A stretch of 64,000 nt of DNA. Source: Bdellovibrionaceae bacterium UBA6776. GTDB lineage: Bacteria > Bdellovibrionota > Bdellovibrionia > Bdellovibrionales > UBA1609. A model generated the notes under the pieces. The model saw only the letters and a list, made by a program, of their open reading frames with translations. It made no database searches and had not been told where the DNA came from. Shown one piece after another: positions 47,656-57,761 of the stretch (its first letter is position 1; every line of letters starts with the position of its first letter). Where the stretch lies: the NCBI GenBank assembly GCA_002453155.1, contig DKGG01000023.1, forward strand, positions 13,785 to 77,784, written 5' to 3'. A program made the translations under genes and the position numbers.

Positions 47656-48004
47656 TTTTAGTTCTCCTTAGTTATTAAAAAATTTCAAATTTCATAAAAA
47701 ATCCTCCTTGTTTGGTCCGCTTTATTTTTGCGGCGGCTTCCGAGCCGATGTTAACTTTACTTAGGGTAGACATTAGCGTTTTCAAAACGCTTCCCTGTCA
47801 GTCATTCAATTTTGTCGTCCTTGATCCTCCTTTCAAAAGTTAGATTCACAAATCAATTTCGATTCACAAATCACATTTCGGGAAGGGCATCGGATTCTTG
47901 ACAGGACTCTTGGTGAATTTAGACTTCTCGCTAGAAAACTTGGTCCTACGTTCGATCCAGTCGAGTCGGGATTCCAGCCTTTTAGAGAGAGAATTTTTGA
48001 CGGT

Positions 48005-48955
48005 TCAAGACGAAAGAATGAACTTTTTAATCTCTTCACTCAGCCACTCAGGCTCATCTTCTTGAAGTTGGTGACCTCCTGAAGGATGGAATAGAGTGTG
48101 AGCGTGAGGAAAAAACTTTTCAGTGCGCTTTCTGTGAGGTGCCGTAATGACTTTGTCGCCCCCACTGAAGAGAAACAAGCACTTTGAATAATCCACCTCA
48201 GGAATTCCTTGCTCTTCGATCATCTTTACATAAAGAGCAAAACTTCGAAGTCCATCCGGATTTTGCAAATAGCTCCTCGACAAATGGTTGAGAACTTCCA
48301 ATTCCAAGTCTTTTGGTTTGGAAAGAGTTCTGGAATACAAGTAACCCAGCATTTTTCGATTCAAAATTTTTGAGAGTGGCTGGGCAAGAAAGGCCCATCG
48401 ATAAAGTCGAAGTCGGACCAGCTTGCGACTGAGGGCGGGGTTGATCAGAAAAACTTTTCCCACGTGATTTGGATAAGACTCCATAAAAGACAAAGACAAA
48501 ATTCCACCCATGGAGTTTCCAATCAAATGAACGGGACCTTTGTGCTTGAGACTTTCGATCAGCTCAAAAATCAAAGGGGAAAGTTGATCGGGGCTCTTTG
48601 CAAAATAATGATTCGGATCTGGCGTCAGACCAAAGCCAGGCAGGTCAAAGGCCAAGACCTGAAAGTGAGGTTTGAGCAGCGGAAAAATTCTTCGCCAACA
48701 GTTTAAGTTTGCTCCTAGACCATGAATCAAAATCACCAAGGGTTTGTGGGAATCTCCCTCCAGGCGGTAGTGGACGGGGAGATGGGAATTGGGGTCAGAG
48801 GGTGTGGGCAAGTGGGCCCAGGAATATTCATAAAGGCTTTTTTGAGAGGAAATTTCCTGAAGAATGTGAAGGTGTTTTTTTCGAAGTTGTAGGATGAGAA
48901 AACCAAGAAACGCCAAAACGGCCAGGCCCAAGCCAAGGGCATAAACCGCAGGCAT
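48005..48955 (-). CDS. Alpha/beta-fold hydrolase with N-terminal membrane anchor
   Basis: HGLGAN oxyanion region and GNSMGG nucleophile elbow. I chose ATG 48955, 3 nt after the upstream ORF stop; ATG 48982 is an alternative. Confidence 0.7.
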   Translation of the reverse strand: MPAVYALGLGLAVLAFLGFLILQLRKKHLHILQEISSQKSLYEYSWAHLPTPSDPNSHLPVHYRLEGDSHKPLVILIHGLGANLNCWRRIFPLLKPHFQVLAFDLPGFGLTPDPNHYFAKSPDQLSPLIFELIESLKHKGPVHLIGNSMGGILSLSFMESYPNHVGKVFLINPALSRKLVRLRLYRWAFLAQPLSKILNRKMLGYLYSRTLSKPKDLELEVLNHLSRSYLQNPDGLRSFALYVKMIEEQGIPEVDYSKCLFLFSGGDKVITAPHRKRTEKFFPHAHTLFHPSGGHQLQEDEPEWLSEEIKKFILSS

Positions 48956-48957
48956 GG

Positions 48958-49215
48958 TCAGTCGATTTCCGAGAAGCGGCAAAACCCCACGCGACCAAAG
49001 AGTTCATATCTTTGATCCTGCACCGCTTTCAGGTGCTGTCTTGAGTCATAACCAATGGTGCATTCTTGAGAATTTGGGTCGAAATGAGAGCATTGCTCAC
49101 AGGCATAGATGATTTCCAGCTCCCGCCAATCTTTCGGGTGGACAGGGTCTAAAATAAGCCCTCGTCGCGTGGGAGTGATGGGTTGTGAGGTTGACTTTTT
49201 CATAACTGATCTCAT
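48958..49215 (-). CDS. Small Cys-containing protein of unknown function
   Basis: 85-aa ORF (or 81 aa from ATG 49203) containing CEQCSHF...QEC...C. It is tightly coupled to the hydrolase gene. No RBS is evident. Confidence 0.4.
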   Translation of the reverse strand: MRSVMKKSTSQPITPTRRGLILDPVHPKDWRELEIIYACEQCSHFDPNSQECTIGYDSRQHLKAVQDQRYELFGRVGFCRFSEID

Positions 49216-49293
49216 CTTTTAAAGGTCGACGCTACACCATAGATGTGGGCCTGTCATGAGGGCTTTTGCTCTTTTGGCCTTAAGGAGAAATAT

Positions 49294-51879
49294 ATGACTG
49301 ACATTGAAAAAATGACCCAGAAAAGCCAACTGGCCATGCAAGCTGCGGCACAAGAGGCGGAAAATCACCGCCATCCTGCTGTGGAGCCAGAGCATTTGAT
49401 TTTTGAAATTTTAAAACAAGACGACTCCATTGTGGGACGCGTTCTTGAAAGTTTGAATTTGTCGCCGCAGAAATTTTCCTCCGCGGTGGGCAATATCATC
49501 GAAGGCTTTCCAAAGGTTTCGGGAAGTTCGGTGCGTGTGGTTGCCAGCCAAAATTTGCAAAAGTTGTTTCAGGAGGCAGAGCGCATTTCCAAAGCTTTCG
49601 GAGATTCTTACATTTCCACAGAGCACTTCTTTTTGGGAGCCTATCATGTTCCCGGAGAACTCTCGAAAACGTTGAAGGCAACGGGACTTTCCGAATCTCA
49701 ATTTAAGGAGGAACTTATTAAACTCAGAGGCTCTCAAAAAGTGACAGATGACAATCCTGAAGCCAAATTCGATGCCTTGGGAAAATATGGACGTGACCTC
49801 ACGGCTTTGGCCGAGCAAGGAAAGCTAGATCCAGTGATTGGCCGGGACGAAGAAATCCGTCGTGTCATTCAAGTGCTTTCTCGAAGAACCAAAAACAATC
49901 CTGTGTTGATTGGTGAGCCTGGAGTGGGAAAGACGGCCATCGCTGAGGGCTTGGCCCTTCGAATCATCAATCAAGATGTACCCGATGTTTTGCTTGGCAA
50001 AAAGCTGATGACTTTAGAAATGGGATCCCTCATTGCAGGTGCCAAATACCGTGGCGAATTTGAAGATCGATTGAAGGCGGTGATTAAAGAAGTCACCAGC
50101 AGTGAAGGCCAAATCATACTTTTTATCGACGAGATTCACACTCTGGTTGGGGCAGGAAAAGGCGACGGGGCCATGGATGCGGGGCAAATTTTAAAGCCCG
50201 CACTGGCTCGCGGAGAACTTCGCTGTATTGGTGCCACCACTTTGGATGAATACCGAGAAAACATCGAAAAAGACAAAGCCCTCGAGCGCCGTTTTCAAAC
50301 GGTTTATGTGGGCGAGCCCTCTGTGAATGATGCCATCACCATTTTGCGGGGTCTCAAAGAAAAATACGAAGTTCACCATGGGGTGCGCATCACCGATGCG
50401 GCCATTGTGTCTGCGGTGAAGTTGTCTCAACGCTACATCACCAACCGTTTTCTCCCAGACAAAGCCATCGACTTGATGGATGAAGCCGCGTCTCGCTTGA
50501 GCATTGAAGTGAACAGTGTCCCTGCGGCAGTGGACGAAATCGAACGCAAGATCAAACATTTGAGTGTGGAAAAAGAAGCTCTCAAAAAAGAAAAAGATGA
50601 CACCTCCAAGGAGCGTTTGGCTCAAATTGAAAAAGAGTTGGGGCAATTGGAATCCGAAGGTCGAGATCTTCGCGCCAAATGGGATGTGGAAAAAAATGAA
50701 ATTCTTCAACTCAAAGACGTAAAGAAGAACATCGAACAAACCCGCACCGAAGTGGAGCGTGCGGAACGGGAAGGCCAACTGGAGAAGGCCGCAGAGTTGA
50801 AGTACGGGCGTCTTCCCGAGCTGGAAAAAGAACTTCAAACTTTGAATGAAAAGGTTCAAAGTCGCAAATCGCGCATGCTCAAAGAGGAAGTGGGTCCAGA
50901 AGAGATCGCCTACGTGGTGGCCAAGTGGACGGGAATCCCTGTGGACAAAATGATGGAGTCTGAAAGCGAAAAACTTCTTCGCATGGAAGCCTTTTTGGAA
51001 AAGCGGGTCAAAGGACAGGATCAGGCTTTGGAAGTGGTTTCCGATGCCATTCGTCGCGCGCGTGCGGAAATTTCGGATCCCAACCGGCCCATTGGAAGCT
51101 TTATCTTTCTTGGGCCCACCGGAGTGGGAAAGACCGAAACGGCAAAGGCGCTGGCGGAATTTATGTTCGACACTCAAGATGCCATGGTTCGCATCGATAT
51201 GAGTGAGTACATGGAGAAGCACTCTGTATCTCGCTTGATAGGAGCGCCTCCCGGTTATGTGGGATTTGAAGAGGGGGGGCAGCTGACCGAACGCATTCGC
51301 AGACGGCCTTACAGTGTGATTCTCTTGGATGAGATCGAAAAGGCCCACCCCGATGTGTTTAACGTGCTTCTTCAAGTTTTGGATGATGGAAGACTCACAG
51401 ATGGTCAGGGGCGCACCGTGGATTTTCGAAACACCGTTCTGATCATGACCTCCAACTTGGGGTCCCAGTCTTTGTTGGATCCCAAGCTGACCGATGTTCA
51501 AAAAGAGGAAGCGGTTCAGCAGGCTTTGCGGGGGCATTTCCGACCGGAGTTTTTGAACCGTGTGGATGAAACAGTGATTTTCAAATCCCTGGATCAAGGC
51601 CAGCTGGAGCTGATTGTTTCGGCGCAGTTGGAAGAGGTCAAAAAGCGATTGGAAGACAAGAAGGTCCACCTGGATTTCGACGAAAGCGTTTTGAAAATGC
51701 TTGCGGAAAAAGGTTTCGATCCTCTGTTTGGAGCAAGACCCTTGAAGCGGGTGATTCAGACCGAAATCCTCAACAAGGTGGCCAAAAAGCTCCTCGCCCA
51801 CGAAATCAAAGCGGGAGATCACCTCAAAGTGACCTACAACAAAGGGGCCTTGGAGTTTTCTGAGCCCTCCCTGAATTGA
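49294..51879 (+). CDS. clpB: Chaperone disaggregase ClpB
   Basis: AAGGAG RBS before ATG 49294. Two AAA+ modules (GEPGVGKT and GPTGVGKT) flank a long middle coiled-coil domain. Confidence 0.9.
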   Translation: MTDIEKMTQKSQLAMQAAAQEAENHRHPAVEPEHLIFEILKQDDSIVGRVLESLNLSPQKFSSAVGNIIEGFPKVSGSSVRVVASQNLQKLFQEAERISKAFGDSYISTEHFFLGAYHVPGELSKTLKATGLSESQFKEELIKLRGSQKVTDDNPEAKFDALGKYGRDLTALAEQGKLDPVIGRDEEIRRVIQVLSRRTKNNPVLIGEPGVGKTAIAEGLALRIINQDVPDVLLGKKLMTLEMGSLIAGAKYRGEFEDRLKAVIKEVTSSEGQIILFIDEIHTLVGAGKGDGAMDAGQILKPALARGELRCIGATTLDEYRENIEKDKALERRFQTVYVGEPSVNDAITILRGLKEKYEVHHGVRITDAAIVSAVKLSQRYITNRFLPDKAIDLMDEAASRLSIEVNSVPAAVDEIERKIKHLSVEKEALKKEKDDTSKERLAQIEKELGQLESEGRDLRAKWDVEKNEILQLKDVKKNIEQTRTEVERAEREGQLEKAAELKYGRLPELEKELQTLNEKVQSRKSRMLKEEVGPEEIAYVVAKWTGIPVDKMMESESEKLLRMEAFLEKRVKGQDQALEVVSDAIRRARAEISDPNRPIGSFIFLGPTGVGKTETAKALAEFMFDTQDAMVRIDMSEYMEKHSVSRLIGAPPGYVGFEEGGQLTERIRRRPYSVILLDEIEKAHPDVFNVLLQVLDDGRLTDGQGRTVDFRNTVLIMTSNLGSQSLLDPKLTDVQKEEAVQQALRGHFRPEFLNRVDETVIFKSLDQGQLELIVSAQLEEVKKRLEDKKVHLDFDESVLKMLAEKGFDPLFGARPLKRVIQTEILNKVAKKLLAHEIKAGDHLKVTYNKGALEFSEPSLN

Positions 51880-51887
51880 AATTTCGT

Positions 51888-51952
51888 CTCCTTTTGAAAC
51901 GACAAAAGCTCCTCTGCAGGAGCTTTTGTCGTTTCAAAAGGAGCATTTTTTG
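51888..51952 (+). terminator. Terminator-like hairpin with 26-bp perfect stem after clpB
   Basis: CTCCTTTTGAAACGACAAAAGCTCCT, a ctgc loop and the exact complement, followed by CATTTTTT. Confidence 0.7.
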
Positions 51953-52056
51953 AGCCTTGAGTTCAAATTTCCCCTTTAGAACACCTCCTCAACTAAAGTC
52001 CAGCTCAACTTCTTCCGAAGAAGGTTTTGTGAAGAGATTGATGAAGGGGGACGTTT

Positions 52057-53799
52057 GTGAGGAAAATCAGTAATTTCGTTTTGGTTGTTGTGCTTTCATT
52101 TCTTGCTCAGGGCTGTCTCAGTAGTGGGTCAGCGTCAAAGGGAGAGTCAGATTCTTTGAATGCTGCCCTTGGGACCCTGTCCAAAAGTGCCTTAGAGATT
52201 CCTTTTTTACCCGGCTATGATTTTTCAAAAACTCCTACAGCAAGACTGCTGTTTGAGGAGATAGATGACATTGGTTTGGAGTCTGAATATAAGAGCTGCA
52301 GTCCCGATGTTTCTAAGTCTGTTTCCGTGAAGGTTTTCAAATACAAATACTCCATGATGACTGATGATGAGTTGGTGGTGGTGGCCTATCTTCCCGACAC
52401 CAACGCATATGTTTCTGCAAATTCTTCGGCTCCGAGCCAGCCGGCGGTTGCGATGTTTCATGGGGGCGGGCACAACACTGGAAATCCAATTGAGTACTTT
52501 TCGCGCTTAGGACCTCGCTTGGCCTCTCACGGAATTGTAGCTTTGGGATTTCAATATCGGCTGGGGAAGGTTCACGGCACAACCCGCTTACAGGCCTCCC
52601 AAGATGCTCTCTCTGCCATTCGTTGGATGGATAAAAATGCCGATAAACTTGGAATTGATAAGCAGAAGATTATGACGCTGGGGATGTCTGCGGGGGGCCA
52701 TCTTGCTGACTTAATGGCTTATTTGAGTGCCCGAGGAGATGCAACAATTTCTGATGATGATTATGGGCCAATCCCACAAATCAAAGGAGCCGTGGCTTTT
52801 TACCCCATGTCTCGTGTGAAAAACATCCCCTTGGTTTCTCCTTTTGAATTGTCGGAAAGCGATTTGCAGGAAAATAGAAGTTTAAATCTAAAACTGAGAA
52901 TTCATATGGCCGAGTATGCCATTCCTGCCGCAGGAGAGCCTTTGTCGGAACCCGACAAGCTTAACGAAGATACAGTTCAGTTCTGCAACAACGTCAATCT
53001 TCTGGGCGGAGATTGTGTGATGGACATCACAGAGGGAGCGACTCACAATTTTGCGGATCAAGTGGAGTTTTTTTCCTCCACCTTGAGTTATCTTGAAGCG
53101 GACATTCAGGATATTCTGGGAATAAATGTGAACTTTTCAGACGACGACTCTTCGGCATCAAAAGCTTGTTTTCATCCTTCCGAGTTTGAAAGCAAATGGA
53201 TGCTCTACATAGAGCGCCGAAAGTTCTATAATTATGTTTGCAACCAGTACAAGTATTCAAAGCACGAGTACTGTTATGACAATCGATTTACAAAGTTCAT
53301 GAGTGAGCCAATGAAGCCGATGCAGGCGCAAATTCATGAAGTCAGGTTCTTTAAGAATGGGCAGGAGGTTCAAGTTTCAGAGAACCTACAGCCAAAATTC
53401 AAGCTGGAAGAGTATTTGAACCTTAAGGATCGCGGCTATAAGTTTGCAGTGGTGGTTCCTGATGTAAACATTCCCGGAGACTATGTGTACGCTCCAAGCA
53501 ATCACAAATTGGGATTGAATGAGCGGTTGCAGAAGAGAGAAGGCGAGATTCAATTTGTCCGCAAAGGGACCGGACTTTTAGAAGTGTTCTCCTCGCCTAT
53601 GTCTGCAGATCAAATTGCCGAATTTGATCAGATTCGATTTTCGGTCAAAATCGTTAATGGAGATGTCCTTTCAAACTTGAGGCGTCCTTCTCAGGCCACG
53701 GTTGATGAGACAGATCCTTCCAAACTTCATTTTGACTTCGTTTACACTCAGGCACCTGAAGTGCAGCAGAAAGCCATCTACATGGGGGTTCTCAAATAG
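52057..53799 (+). CDS. Lipoprotein: alpha/beta-hydrolase (HGGG esterase/lipase type) plus about 230-aa C-terminal domain of unknown function
   Basis: GTG start after GGGGGA, with lipobox LAQGC. Motifs are AMFHGGGH and GMSAGGHLA. It is a paralogue of the next gene. Confidence 0.75.
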   Translation: MRKISNFVLVVVLSFLAQGCLSSGSASKGESDSLNAALGTLSKSALEIPFLPGYDFSKTPTARLLFEEIDDIGLESEYKSCSPDVSKSVSVKVFKYKYSMMTDDELVVVAYLPDTNAYVSANSSAPSQPAVAMFHGGGHNTGNPIEYFSRLGPRLASHGIVALGFQYRLGKVHGTTRLQASQDALSAIRWMDKNADKLGIDKQKIMTLGMSAGGHLADLMAYLSARGDATISDDDYGPIPQIKGAVAFYPMSRVKNIPLVSPFELSESDLQENRSLNLKLRIHMAEYAIPAAGEPLSEPDKLNEDTVQFCNNVNLLGGDCVMDITEGATHNFADQVEFFSSTLSYLEADIQDILGINVNFSDDDSSASKACFHPSEFESKWMLYIERRKFYNYVCNQYKYSKHEYCYDNRFTKFMSEPMKPMQAQIHEVRFFKNGQEVQVSENLQPKFKLEEYLNLKDRGYKFAVVVPDVNIPGDYVYAPSNHKLGLNERLQKREGEIQFVRKGTGLLEVFSSPMSADQIAEFDQIRFSVKIVNGDVLSNLRRPSQATVDETDPSKLHFDFVYTQAPEVQQKAIYMGVLK

Positions 53800-53960
53800 A
53801 GCTCCCATACTCAAACTGAGGGGCCCCAATGAGCCCTAAGGAAAAAATCGTCTTACAATGAGACAGATCGACCGACTTAAGTCGAGACGTTGTTCTTCCG
53901 ATAAAAGGTTAAGAGAGCCTTGGTGACAAAGGTGGCTCATTGTTAAATGAGGGGTCGGTT

Positions 53961-55724
53961 GTGAGAAGATTTTTGGTATTCAGTTCCCTTTTGGTTTTGG
54001 TGATGTTCTTCCAGAACTGTACGGAATTGGATTCTCAACGAGACTTAAAGGCAACCTCCAGCATTCAAGATGGAGGTGGCTTTGTTGACGACTCCGCTTC
54101 ATCACCAGACTCTTCTTCAGATTCAAGGCTCCCAGATGAAAAACTACAGGATAAGGCTCAACTGGCCTTTGAAGAGATACAAGATCTAAACCTCAGGTCC
54201 TCTTACTCCAGCTGCAGTCCAGATATTTCAAATGAAGTTCATGTCAGGGTTTTCAAATACAAAGTGTCTTTCGAAACTCAGGATGAATTGATCGTGGTGG
54301 CCTACCTGCCAAACTCCAGTCGCTACATTTCTCAAACCTCAAGTTCCCCATCTCTACCCGCTGTAGCGATGTTTCATGGAGGTGGGCACTCTGTGGGAAA
54401 TCCCATAGAGTACTTTGCTCGGTTGGGACCTCGCTTGGCCTCCAATGGCGTGATTGCGTTGGGATTTCAGTACCGTTTAATGAAGGTTCACGGCACGACC
54501 CGTTTGCAGGCTTCCCAAGATGCTCTTTCCGCTCTTCATTGGATGCACAAGAATGCGTCTCTTCTTGGAATTGATCTGAACAGGACGATGACATTGGGGA
54601 TGTCAGCGGGAGGGCATCTCGCAAATCTCTCTGCCTATCTCAGTCAAACTCAAGACAAAACCATTTCTGACGTGAGGAGTCCCACCATTCCTCGAGTGCG
54701 AGGTGCATCCGTCTTTTACCCCATGTCGAAGATCCACGGACACCCCGAAGTTTCTCTCAATGATCTGGCAGAGAAAGCTTTGAACCAAGGAATAAGTCTT
54801 CCCCTTAAAATCCGTGTTCACATGGCTGAATTTGCAATTCCCCCTTCAGGGGAAACTCCTTCGGAACCCGACAAACTCAACCAGGAAACGATCCAATTTT
54901 GTGATCAGGTCAATCGATTGGGAGGTGACTGCGTTTATGACATCACTTCCGGCTCCACTCACAATTTTGCTGACACCGCTCAATTCTATTCGACCACTCT
55001 GAATCTTTTGGAAGCAGATCTGTTTCATCTGTTGGGAGTGGCGGTGAATTTTTCAGATGATGTGGAAACGGCTGCAACACCTTGTTTGCCCCCTTCTTCT
55101 GCGGAGAGCATTCAACTGCTTTATCAAGAGCGAAAGAAGTTTCACAATTACGTTTGCAACCAATACAAGTATTCCCAACAGGACTACTGTCACTTGAGTC
55201 AATTCACTCAATTCATGAGTGATCCCATGCCTGTGATGCAGGCTCAGGTTCTTAGAGTGAAGTATCTGAAGAAAGGACAAGAGGTTCACCCCTCCTCTTC
55301 GGCGGAACTGAACCTGATTTTGGAAAATGGGTTGGCACTGAAAAACAATCAAAATCGATTTTCCGTTGTGGTTCCAGACCCTAAAATCCCAGGGGATTTT
55401 ATATACGCTCGAGACACTTCTCAGGTGCAAGAATGGACGAACTTTATGTGGAAGAGAACGGGTGAGATCCATTTCCGCCGCTTGGGATCAGGAATCTTAG
55501 AAGTTTACTCTTCACCCCTCAATCCTACGCAGTCTCTTGAATACGATCAGGTTCAAATTTCAATGAGAATTGTAAATGGTGACTTGGGGTCAAACAGACT
55601 TCGAGGTCAGCAGATTCTTCTCGATCCTTCGGACAAAGAGATTGCTCGGTTTTACTTCAATTTTTCGACAGGCCAGATTCAAAAGAGATCTTTTTACATG
55701 GGGGCAAATTATGGTTCCCTATAA
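53961..55724 (+). CDS. Lipoprotein esterase paralogue (HGGG / GMSAGG) with the same unknown C-terminal domain
   Basis: GTG 53961 lies 7 nt after GAGGGG and gives MRRFLVFSSLLVLVMFFQNC. By eye it is about 60-65% identical to the upstream gene in the hydrolase core. Confidence 0.75.
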   Translation: MRRFLVFSSLLVLVMFFQNCTELDSQRDLKATSSIQDGGGFVDDSASSPDSSSDSRLPDEKLQDKAQLAFEEIQDLNLRSSYSSCSPDISNEVHVRVFKYKVSFETQDELIVVAYLPNSSRYISQTSSSPSLPAVAMFHGGGHSVGNPIEYFARLGPRLASNGVIALGFQYRLMKVHGTTRLQASQDALSALHWMHKNASLLGIDLNRTMTLGMSAGGHLANLSAYLSQTQDKTISDVRSPTIPRVRGASVFYPMSKIHGHPEVSLNDLAEKALNQGISLPLKIRVHMAEFAIPPSGETPSEPDKLNQETIQFCDQVNRLGGDCVYDITSGSTHNFADTAQFYSTTLNLLEADLFHLLGVAVNFSDDVETAATPCLPPSSAESIQLLYQERKKFHNYVCNQYKYSQQDYCHLSQFTQFMSDPMPVMQAQVLRVKYLKKGQEVHPSSSAELNLILENGLALKNNQNRFSVVVPDPKIPGDFIYARDTSQVQEWTNFMWKRTGEIHFRRLGSGILEVYSSPLNPTQSLEYDQVQISMRIVNGDLGSNRLRGQQILLDPSDKEIARFYFNFSTGQIQKRSFYMGANYGSL

Positions 55725-57690
55725 GAGACCAAGAATCCGTGGCTTTCTTCTCTTTGCTTCATTGCTTCTTTTCTTCTTTCAAAATTGCAGTGTTCCTTTG
55801 TCCTCTCAAAGCCCGTCCTTCTTGGAGCGCTCTGTGGACCTGCCGACGGACTCCTCCCGTCCTCCATCGGGGGATTCACTGAGCAAATCTCTAGACCCAG
55901 GCTACGACATCATTGTGGTTGGTGGGCAGTCAAACGCAGTGGGATTTGGCTTTGGAGAGCATTCTGATGCCTACGCTTCAGCCTCGCGAGACGCAAAAAT
56001 CTTTCAGCTGTCTCGAAGCACACCCCTGAATTCTCATGAGGATTTGAAAGTGATTCCTGCCCATGAAACTTTGGATCATTGGGGGGCCTGGAGCGCTGAT
56101 TCCACTTCTCCGGTGGGGTTTGGAATGGGCTTTGCTCGGCGATATGTCCAAACTTATTTGAATGAGAGTTCAGAACGAAAGGTTTTGGTGATTCCCGCTG
56201 CCTATGGGGGAACCTACAGCTACGAGTGGGATGAAGAGATCGATCCCTTGGAGTTGGCGCGGGGAGAGCCCAAACCCCTATTGAAGGATCTTTTAACGCG
56301 GATTCAATTTGCCTTGGTTCTTGAGGGTGAGGGGGGCAAGAAGCTCAATAATCGAATTGTCGCCTTGTTGTGGGCGCAGGGAGAGTCGGATGTGGCCTGT
56401 TTTTCCGAAAATTCAGATTGCCACTCCTTAGTTCCATCTCCCGAGGCGTGGATGAAACGCACGGAGGAGATGGTGATGAAACTGCGATCCAGTTTTCCCT
56501 CTCACCAGTTTCCCTTTCTTCTTGCAGGGTTTGTTCCCTCGTGGCGAGGATGGCCTTGGCAGGTGGCTTCTGGCCAAAATCACATCGACAGCTTTAAGGC
56601 ACTTAGAGAGAAGGTGGGGGAAGTGATTCCAAACGCGGCTTACGTGCCGACCACCGGATTGATTTCCAACGCAGAAGCTGGTGTTCGAGCCAATGATGAG
56701 GTTCACTTTTCCGCAGAATCCCAAGCGGGATTGGCCCATCGGATGTATTCGAAGTTTTTGCGTTTGAAGGCGCCTCTGCGAGATCCTTTCACCGGAGTTG
56801 ATGGAAATGGCACCATCTCCAATTCGGTTTTTGAGTTGAGCACCTTTTCGAAGTACGCGGGTGCCGTGGGAAGTTTAAAGTTTAAGGGACAAGAGATTTT
56901 AAATTCCTATGGATATGGGCGACTTTTTCAGTCCGCCATGTACAAGTACGGAATGGGTGAGTGCAACAATCCCATAGAAGCGGGGGGGAGAAGTGCCACC
57001 CAATTTAGTCATTCTCGATTGGTAAAATATTCGAAGGGTGAGACTCATTTGAGTTCAACCGTACGCCCCGCCTTTTACATTTTGAAAGGGGAATTCTCTC
57101 CAAACTGTCCCACCCAACTGAAAGGACCTGATTTTCCCAACGGACCGGAGTCTTTTGTTTACCCAGAGACCAATGAATTTTTTGATGATGAAGTGACATT
57201 TTCAAAGTCCATTGAGCTGAATTTTCAAGGAGATTCACAAATTATCCGTCATGAATTCGAGGTCAAATCTCAGGTGGATTTTGAAATTGCTCCCAACATT
57301 GTTCAGCCCCATTATTCTGCCTACACCAGAAAGTTGAGCTCCATTTTCCTTTATGACATCCCTAGCAGGCAGCTGCTTCCAAACACCAGCCCCCAGGGGC
57401 ATGAGGTCAAATTTTCCAACCGACCAAAGATTCTTGCCACTCCCGATGGAACCTTGGCTGTGGCTCTTCTTGAAGACAGGTCCAACGGATTCTCGCCCAT
57501 TTATGGAGGAAATGTGGTGGTTTTTGATGGACCCAATGCGTCTCCGGAGGCCTCCACCTCCGATCTGTCCTTGAACTATCGAGTTTCTACTCTAGGACCT
57601 CGCCAAAGCCTTAAGTTTGTAACCTATGTGATCGTGGGAAGTCTTGAGGAAGTTCAGAGTAAAATCGATAAGCTGGTAAGCGATAAGTAG
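55711..57690 (+). CDS. Lipoprotein: SGNH/sialate-O-acetylesterase-like (GQSN) domain plus about 330-aa unknown C-terminal domain
   Basis: ATG 55711 overlaps the upstream gene by 14 nt. It has lipobox FFQNC, the motif IIVVGGQSNAVGFG, and later WAQGESD. Confidence 0.7.
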   Translation: MVPYKRPRIRGFLLFASLLLFFFQNCSVPLSSQSPSFLERSVDLPTDSSRPPSGDSLSKSLDPGYDIIVVGGQSNAVGFGFGEHSDAYASASRDAKIFQLSRSTPLNSHEDLKVIPAHETLDHWGAWSADSTSPVGFGMGFARRYVQTYLNESSERKVLVIPAAYGGTYSYEWDEEIDPLELARGEPKPLLKDLLTRIQFALVLEGEGGKKLNNRIVALLWAQGESDVACFSENSDCHSLVPSPEAWMKRTEEMVMKLRSSFPSHQFPFLLAGFVPSWRGWPWQVASGQNHIDSFKALREKVGEVIPNAAYVPTTGLISNAEAGVRANDEVHFSAESQAGLAHRMYSKFLRLKAPLRDPFTGVDGNGTISNSVFELSTFSKYAGAVGSLKFKGQEILNSYGYGRLFQSAMYKYGMGECNNPIEAGGRSATQFSHSRLVKYSKGETHLSSTVRPAFYILKGEFSPNCPTQLKGPDFPNGPESFVYPETNEFFDDEVTFSKSIELNFQGDSQIIRHEFEVKSQVDFEIAPNIVQPHYSAYTRKLSSIFLYDIPSRQLLPNTSPQGHEVKFSNRPKILATPDGTLAVALLEDRSNGFSPIYGGNVVVFDGPNASPEASTSDLSLNYRVSTLGPRQSLKFVTYVIVGSLEEVQSKIDKLVSDK

Positions 57691-57761
57691 GGGTCCATCC
57701 AAGAGGCTCTCTTGGATGGCTCTTGACGCCACATCCCGCCCCCCTTATCTTGGGCCCACTC

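Noticed and set aside
47730-47775. Sigma28-type promoter for fliC (TAAAGTTA ... GCCGCCGC on the minus strand)
   Set aside because: The spacer is about 18 nt instead of 15, and the -10 matches GCCGATAA at only 4 of 8 positions. This is not convincing without transcription-start data.
47833-48039. 68-aa ORF on the minus strand between the hydrolase and fliC
   Set aside because: It overlaps the hydrolase 3' end, has no RBS and has an unremarkable composition. The region is better explained as the fliC regulatory region.
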